A DNA stretch of 64,000 nt from Candidatus Melainabacteria bacterium (GTDB taxonomy: Bacteria; Cyanobacteriota; Vampirovibrionia; 2-02-FULL-35-15): contig JAHFBE010000001.1 of the NCBI GenBank assembly GCA_023250205.1, positions 66,428 through 130,427 on the forward strand, written 5' to 3'. The translations under genes and the position numbers were made by a program. A model generated the notes under the pieces. The model made no database searches, had not been told where the DNA came from, and worked only from the letters and a program-made list of their open reading frames with translations. Positions 58,369-64,000 of the stretch are shown one piece after another. Within the stretch, counting starts at the first letter, position 1, and every line of letters begins with the position of its first letter.

Positions 58369-59400
58369 TTAGTATTCTTCTTCTTCATCTTGAATCTTTA
58401 ATAAGTCCTGCTTTTCTCTTTTTCTTGATTTAGCTCTTTTTTCTTGCTCAATTTTCGGAATATTTATTCCCTTTAAACTTCCTTTTCCACCAACTGATTT
58501 AGCCTTTGATTCCTGCTTTGTTCCATATATTATTTCCCCTTCTGCTTCTGAAAGGATTTTAATATAGCTGTCATATCTTAGTTCTGAGACTTCTCCAATT
58601 TTAATCATTTCTTCCATAGAACATCCATCTTCTCCTCTATGAAGACAATCTGAATAGTTACATTTTAAATTTGAAAACTCTTTAAAAGTGCTTTCAATCT
58701 TACTTAAATCCAGCCCACCAAAACTAAATTGTGCAAATCCGGGAGTATCAGCTAAAAATCCTTCTTTTTTATCTAATCCAATTAATTGAACATTTCGAGT
58801 AATATGTTTCCCTTGTTTTATTGAACTTAGATCTCCAATTAAAACAGCTGCATCAGGAATAACTGCTTTTATTAGACTTGATTTTCCTACCCCCGAAGGT
58901 CCTGTAAAAACCGAGGTTTTATTTCTCAGATTCTCTACAAACTTATCCAGTCCTTCCTTTGTAAGAGCAGAAACATATAAGACTTCAAATTCTGATTTTT
59001 TATAAACATCATCTAAATTAATCCTTCCTAAGTCAATTTTATTTATACAAATCAAACATTTTTCTCTTGGCATTTCATAGCTTATAAATGACAAATAACG
59101 ATCCAGATTATACTGATCAAAATCTGGTTCAATACTGGAAAAGACAATAACTACCTGATCAATGTTTGCAACTGGAGGCTTATTGATTTTGTTTTTTCTC
59201 TCTTTTATATTTACAATAACTCCTTGAGCAGGTCCTGTAGTTTCAATTTCAACATTATCCCCCGCAAAAAGATACTTTCCTTCTTTAAGCAAACGACCTC
59301 GCGCAAAGCACTCCCAGATTTTATTTTCATTATCCACCACATAGTAAAAGTTGGCTAATATTTTCGTGATTTTACCTTCTATATTCATTATTTTCGCCAT
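58369..59400 (-). CDS. rsgA: Ribosome small-subunit-dependent GTPase RsgA/YjeQ, with a K/E-rich C-terminal tail.
   Basis: Circularly permuted GTPase (NKIDL… then GPSGVGKSSL) and a Zn-finger (C-x-C-x-H-x5-C: CNYSDCLHRGEDGC). Confidence 0.88.
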   Translation of the reverse strand: MAKIMNIEGKITKILANFYYVVDNENKIWECFARGRLLKEGKYLFAGDNVEIETTGPAQGVIVNIKERKNKINKPPVANIDQVVIVFSSIEPDFDQYNLDRYLSFISYEMPREKCLICINKIDLGRINLDDVYKKSEFEVLYVSALTKEGLDKFVENLRNKTSVFTGPSGVGKSSLIKAVIPDAAVLIGDLSSIKQGKHITRNVQLIGLDKKEGFLADTPGFAQFSFGGLDLSKIESTFKEFSNLKCNYSDCLHRGEDGCSMEEMIKIGEVSELRYDSYIKILSEAEGEIIYGTKQESKAKSVGGKGSLKGINIPKIEQEKRAKSRKREKQDLLKIQDEEEEY

Positions 59401-60080
59401 CTGGTACTTGATTTACCTTGTGCCTGTTCACTATCAATAACTTGAGCAAGTTCCGGTTTTTCCTGAATAAAAACTTCCGTAAGAAAAAAAGAGAAAAATG
59501 GTAAAACAGGAACTAACAATAATGCAAACAATAAATCATAGCCAATCATGCTGAAAGACAAATACCAGCTTATATCTAACAGATTGATTTTAAAAATTAA
59601 AAGATAAAGAATTCCAAAAAGATGTGTTGCAATTATTGGTATAAAAGCCGCAAGAAGCTTTTTATCCATTTGAAAAAACCACCCACTTAAAAAAGCATTC
59701 AAAGGTAAGGAAATCAAATAGCCAAAAGTTGGTTCTTTATAATAATCAATACCACCGCCACCAGCAAAAGCAGGAAAACCTAAAAACCCAATTAAAAGAT
59801 ATGCCGCTAAAGTTAAGGCTCCTACCCTTGGTCCAAGTAAAACACCACACGACCAAGCAATAATCACTTGCAAATTATATGTTTGCATTTCAAAACCAAA
59901 ACGTGGGCAAAAACTAAGTAAAAAATCAACCAAACTATGCTCCAGGTCTTTTTTAGGGAAATTTATACTAATGAAAGGGATTTGTATAAGTATAAAATTG
60001 CTTAAATATATTAAGAAAATAAAGGCAATAATCACTAGCCAACGATATTGATATACAACCTTATATCTCATATTTTTCAA
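59388..60080 (-). CDS. bioY: Biotin transporter BioY (ECF S component).
   Basis: BioY-like motifs (LLGPRVGALTLAAYLLIGFLGFPAFAGGGG, PTFGYLISLPLNAFLSGW). Polytopic. Confidence 0.75.
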   Translation of the reverse strand: MKNMRYKVVYQYRWLVIIAFIFLIYLSNFILIQIPFISINFPKKDLEHSLVDFLLSFCPRFGFEMQTYNLQVIIAWSCGVLLGPRVGALTLAAYLLIGFLGFPAFAGGGGIDYYKEPTFGYLISLPLNAFLSGWFFQMDKKLLAAFIPIIATHLFGILYLLIFKINLLDISWYLSFSMIGYDLLFALLLVPVLPFFSFFLTEVFIQEKPELAQVIDSEQAQGKSSTRWRK

Positions 60081-60178
60081 TTATCACATAACTTAGCCCT
60101 AAGCTATAAGCCGTAAGTTTTAAGCTTTAAGCCTAAAAACAGAAAATTCCTTAAAATGCTTATAACTTATAGCTTATA

Positions 60179-60196
60179 ACTGTTCCATGGAACTAT
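60179..60196. promoter_or_regulatory. Palindrome ACTGTTCCATGGAACTAT (perfect 12-bp core GTTCCATGGAAC) in the divergent bioY promoter region, next to clustered ATAAGC/GCTTAT repeats (60097..60180).
   Basis: Read directly. Candidate operator. Location suggests biotin (BirA-type) or other repressor control. Confidence 0.3.
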
Positions 60197-60241
60197 CTTT
60201 ACAAACTTTAAATCTGATAACATAAAGCAAAGAATAAAACC

Positions 60242-61024
60242 ATGGATGATGTTATAAGTTCACCTCTAACTAAAGCTGAAATAAAACCTGCGGTCAGAAA
60301 AAATGTTATTCCAATAACATCAATCTCTGATCTTGGTAGCATCGTCGCAGAAATTCAAAATCAACTTGGTGCATTAATTACAAAGCTTGATAATGATGTA
60401 AGTCCTGAGTTTAAAGCTTTAATGGAAGGATATGTTAATAAAGCAAATGAAACAGAAGGGCTCAAAGTTAATTTAGAAAACACTTCTACAAAATATGAAG
60501 AGTTAAAAGCAGAAATAAACAAACTTAGAGAAACTAACAGAAACCTAATCCATGAACTACAAAACACAAGAGAGTCACTAAGAAATCTTGAATCTGATTT
60601 AAATAATTTTCAGGATATTTCAAAGAGAAATGAAGATGGCTACAAAGATAAAATCAAGAATCTTACAAAACAAAATCAGGAATATGAAAGTAAAGTAAAA
60701 GCTTTAGAGTCAAAAATTACTGAATTAAAAGAAAACCAGGAAAATGTTAAGAGTGAATACGCTGATCAAAATTTCAAATACAGGCAGAATGAACAAGAAC
60801 TTGTTATTGAAAGAGAAAAATTTAAGAAACAATTAGAAGAATATGAGATTTTACTAGATGAGCAAAAGGAACAAATTGAGTTTAAGACCAAAGAGGCTGA
60901 GTACAAAGATGCTCTTCTAAATCAGTTAATTAAGAAAACTACTACTGACCGAATAGTAAATCAAGAAATTGAAGATAACAAAGAAAAGCAAAAAGCCAAG
61001 AGAAAAATTTGGTTTTTTAAGTAA
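60242..61024 (+). CDS. Coiled-coil protein (K/E-rich, 260 aa).
   Basis: Heptad-like charged composition throughout. No enzymatic motif. Confidence 0.5.
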   Translation: MDDVISSPLTKAEIKPAVRKNVIPITSISDLGSIVAEIQNQLGALITKLDNDVSPEFKALMEGYVNKANETEGLKVNLENTSTKYEELKAEINKLRETNRNLIHELQNTRESLRNLESDLNNFQDISKRNEDGYKDKIKNLTKQNQEYESKVKALESKITELKENQENVKSEYADQNFKYRQNEQELVIEREKFKKQLEEYEILLDEQKEQIEFKTKEAEYKDALLNQLIKKTTTDRIVNQEIEDNKEKQKAKRKIWFFK

Positions 61025-61244
61025 AAAACTTGCCTTTTTATAAAAGAACCTTAATTTATCTTTAACAATAGAAGAAATATCTGGTATTGCTATCAAATTT
61101 TTCTCCTTAACCTCTTTTTATATATCAGACAGACTTACAAACTGTGCATAGGCAGTTTTTAAGAATGTTTTCTAACCCAGCAAAACTGGTCTTAGAAATA
61201 GTGTGTGAACAAAAGATTTTGAATATAAAAAACGGAGATATTAG

Positions 61245-62189
61245 ATGAAAACTTTAAATAAAACTGTTAATAATGAAATTCTAGAAGTAGATAAACTAAC
61301 TGATGAAGAGGGATCCTTTGAAGAAGAAAAAGCACTTGATAAAAGCTATGCAGAATCTCCAGTCACAGATGATCTCGTAAAAATTTATCTTAAAGAAATT
61401 GGAAAGATGTCTGTTTTAGCTCCTCACAAAGAGCTTGACTTAGCAAGAAGAAGTCAACGTGGTGAGTTAAAAGCTAAACAAGAATTAGTCAGGCATAACT
61501 TGAGATTAGTGGTTTCTATTGCAAAGAAATACTTAAACAGAGGAATGTCTTTTCTTGACCTTATTCAGGAAGGAAATATGGGATTAATGAAAGCTGTAGA
61601 TAAATTTGATCCTGAACGAGGATTTAAGTTCTCCACTTATGCCACCTGGTGGGTAAGACAAGGAATAACAAGATCTCTATCAGATAAATCCAGAACAATT
61701 AGAATACCTGTTCACATGGTTGAATTAATTAGCAAGTTTAAAAAAGCAAAGAAAAAGCTCAGTGAAAAGACAAACTACACACCAACTGATGAAGAGCTTG
61801 CAAATGAGCTAAATCTCGATGTAAGTAGAATCAAAGAAATTGCTCAAATTATGGAATTACCAATTTCCCTGCACTCCCCTGTAAATTCAGAGGAAGAAGG
61901 AGATCTTGAAGATTTCATAACAGATGAAGACTCCTCTCCGGAATTTGCCACCAATGGCATTTTGCTTGGAATTAATATCAATAAGGCTCTTGGCTGTTTA
62001 ACATTGAAAGAAGCGGCTGTAATAAGGTTTAGATTTGGTCTGGATTGTGGTCAGGAAAGGACCCTTGAAGAGGTTGGGAAAATCCTGGGCGTAACCAGAG
62101 AAAGAGTCAGGCAACTTGAAAGTCGAGCATTGAAAAAGCTCCGCCAGCCCGGTGCATGCGAAGTTCTTAGAGATTATTTCGCTGCTTAA
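61245..62189 (+). CDS. RNA polymerase sigma-70 family factor (group 1/2-like, lacking region 1.1).
   Basis: Region 2 ([37 protein letters not shown]), region 3 and region 4 ([28 protein letters not shown]). Confidence 0.93.
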   Translation: MKTLNKTVNNEILEVDKLTDEEGSFEEEKALDKSYAESPVTDDLVKIYLKEIGKMSVLAPHKELDLARRSQRGELKAKQELVRHNLRLVVSIAKKYLNRGMSFLDLIQEGNMGLMKAVDKFDPERGFKFSTYATWWVRQGITRSLSDKSRTIRIPVHMVELISKFKKAKKKLSEKTNYTPTDEELANELNLDVSRIKEIAQIMELPISLHSPVNSEEEGDLEDFITDEDSSPEFATNGILLGININKALGCLTLKEAAVIRFRFGLDCGQERTLEEVGKILGVTRERVRQLESRALKKLRQPGACEVLRDYFAA

Positions 62190-62209
62190 CTGAATCTTAA
62201 TTTATCCTG

Positions 62210-62246
62210 CAGGGGCATGCTAAAGCATGCCCCTGTTTGTTTGTTT
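62210..62246 (+). terminator. Rho-independent terminator after the sigma factor gene (CAGGGGCATGC-TAAA-GCATGCCCCTG + TTTGTTTGTTT).
   Basis: 11-bp perfect stem plus a T-rich tail read directly. Confidence 0.75.
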
Positions 62247-62380
62247 GACCTACACCATTCGAATTATCTATTGCCTAAAAAGCGCTTTCCCTAAGGGTTT
62301 TACAGGGGTTTATTAACAGAATCTAATATACCCCTAGGGTTAACTATTAGATGAATCCCGCTTAATTTCACAAGTAATAC

Positions 62381-63418
62381 GTGGAAGCTCTAATCCCAGC
62401 AAGTGCAAAATTCATTTCAATCCACTGCTTACAAAAAGTGAAATTAAACATAATGATTCATCGATTCTTTATTCAATTTATAGATGTTTGCTCATTACTT
62501 TGCCAATTCATTAGGCATAATAATATTTGCTATGTAAAATCATCCGTTAGAAATCATACAAACCATTCAAAAAAAATAATTTATATAATTGCCATCTTAT
62601 CTCTTTGCATCAGCTTAAAAGCATATGCACAAGAACCATCTCTCAACAATACATCTGTAACAGTAACCGATGATAACAATGGTAAAGAAGAAACTATTCA
62701 AGTAACCGGTCAGCAACAAGAACAAGTTGACAAAGGAACATTCCAACAAGCAGCAAAAGTTAAACACAGTCTAGCTTTTGATGTTCTGGGAAGAGAGCTT
62801 ACAAAAAGAGAGAAAGAAGCTTATGGGGACAATCTATCCAAACATGATTTAAAAAATATCCTTGCTGGAGAACAAAGATTAGCAATTGTAAGAGCTCTTA
62901 TAACTGTAGGCGAGGAAAGCTCAACAAAACAAGTATTAAACATTTATATTGTTTCAGAATTAAAAACCTACAGTGAACTTGTTGAATTCTTTACAGGACT
63001 TAAAGAAAAATATGGTTCAGTAAAAGTAGGCATAGAATCCGAGTATGTGTACAATATTACAGATAACGATCAAGCCTTCAAGAAAGCAGCTTCAAGAGCG
63101 TATGAAACAGTATTTGGCATACCTGAAGATAAACAAGAAAACAAAGAACAAATCGCTACTTTCTTAACACAAAGCAAAGCTACAACATATTCAAGAATGG
63201 TTCAAGCATTGTTGCAAACACTTACTCCAGATTTAAAGAAACAATTACTCTTTAACGCACTGGATCAAATTGGCAGACCTGACTTAAAAACAAATGATAA
63301 CTTTGTTAATAAATTGATGGAACAGGAATTTACCTATGAGCATTTAATGGAATTATTTAAAGAGCTTCAGGGTAGCGCTCCTGCTCAAGCAGTAAAAGAA
63401 AAAGCTTCTAAGAATTAA
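62381..63418 (+). CDS. Hypothetical secreted protein. The true start is probably downstream of the ORF-track start (internal signal-peptide-like segment KKIIYIIAILSLCISLKAYAQ).
   Basis: ORF with a hydrophobic h-region followed by AYA-Q. No recognisable domains. Confidence 0.45.
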   Translation: MEALIPASAKFISIHCLQKVKLNIMIHRFFIQFIDVCSLLCQFIRHNNICYVKSSVRNHTNHSKKIIYIIAILSLCISLKAYAQEPSLNNTSVTVTDDNNGKEETIQVTGQQQEQVDKGTFQQAAKVKHSLAFDVLGRELTKREKEAYGDNLSKHDLKNILAGEQRLAIVRALITVGEESSTKQVLNIYIVSELKTYSELVEFFTGLKEKYGSVKVGIESEYVYNITDNDQAFKKAASRAYETVFGIPEDKQENKEQIATFLTQSKATTYSRMVQALLQTLTPDLKKQLLFNALDQIGRPDLKTNDNFVNKLMEQEFTYEHLMELFKELQGSAPAQAVKEKASKN

Positions 63419-63547
63419 ATAGTGCCAACCCTTAGCAGAAACTCTACTATAATTTAATTACAAATAAAATTAACAAGGGTATAAACATTACCTTCTTTTA
63501 ATGTTTTTCCTGTATTCTAGTATCATTCACAAGTTACCTAGCCCAAA

Positions 63548-63575
63548 CCCCGCCGCCCAGCGGGGTTTTTATTTT
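63548..63575 (+). terminator. Rho-independent terminator (CCCCGC-CGCCCA-GCGGGG + TTTTTATTTT).
   Basis: GC stem and T-run read directly. Lies ~130 nt after the stop of 62381..63418. Confidence 0.6.
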
Positions 63576-64000
63576 CTAAACGCCTCGTAACTTCTACGAA
63601 GATTCCTCGGCTATTAGATATCTCGTTTCATGCGCTCGGATTTTTACATTAGAAAATCCTCGCTTAAAAATTCTGCTATAACATTATCCTTGGATAAAAG
63701 ACAAGCTTGTGGCTTCCGTCGATCAATTTTTCTCGTTTTACCGGATTTACCTGCCTCAGGCAGGATAAATCCTTTAACTGCAATTACGATAGCATTAATT
63801 CCCAATGAAAACACCCTGCATCCTGCAGGGTGTTTCTGGCTTTAAGGTAAACAGGAGGGTAGGGTAACTTATTCCTTAAAACCCTAATTGCATTTTGCCA
63901 TAAGCATTTGCCTGGATATAATACACCATGAATAAGCCTCCAGCAGTGAACTATGTCACAAGCTAATTCTTGATTATTTGCTTTGCAGCTTCATATCCTT

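Noticed and set aside
63630-63845. 71-aa ORF at the window end.
   Set aside because: No RBS and poor composition. The region contains terminator-like hairpins (63548..63575, 63810..63840). Likely non-coding.

Overview
AT-rich (~33% GC) bacterial chromosomal window containing four main elements.

(1) Housekeeping genes: a partial NagZ-like GH3 gene at the window start, pdxJ, tyrA, hisZ-hisG, two SPFH/prohibitin genes, an iscR-like/cysteine desulfurase pair, pgk, pheA, an OmpR-family response regulator with a histidine kinase, recG, bioD, ftsZ, rsgA, bioY and a group-2-like sigma-70 factor.

(2) A flagellar type III export cluster: FliM/N-like, FliO-like, fliP, fliQ (with an unusual C-terminal extension) and fliR.

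(3) A complete but atypically organised Tad/Flp pilus locus: Wza/Wzc EPS export genes, two divergent TadE/TadG pseudopilin pairs, three tandem flp pilin genes, cpaA, cpaB, a small Cys-rich secreted peptide, and a minus-strand cpaC(secretin)-tadC-tadB-cpaF-tadZ block.

(4) A single uninterrupted 15.4 kb ORF (5127 aa) encoding a secreted giant protein built from FG-GAP-, Kelch- and Vgb/NHL-like beta-propellers, IPT/TIG domains, poly-Ser linkers and Cys-rich modules.

A family of short imperfect palindromic elements with conserved termini (TGTCAT(TGC)...(GCA)ATGACA) occurs at seven or more sites in the window. Several copies sit in-frame inside coding sequence: in pdxJ, in bioD, and forming the C-terminal tail and stop codon of the cysteine desulfurase. 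This resembles Rickettsia palindromic elements.

ftsZ has no adjacent ftsA, the sigma factor is group-2-like, and the response regulator resembles RpaB. Together these suggest a cyanobacteria-related, possibly non-photosynthetic Melainabacteria-like lineage. This is inference only.
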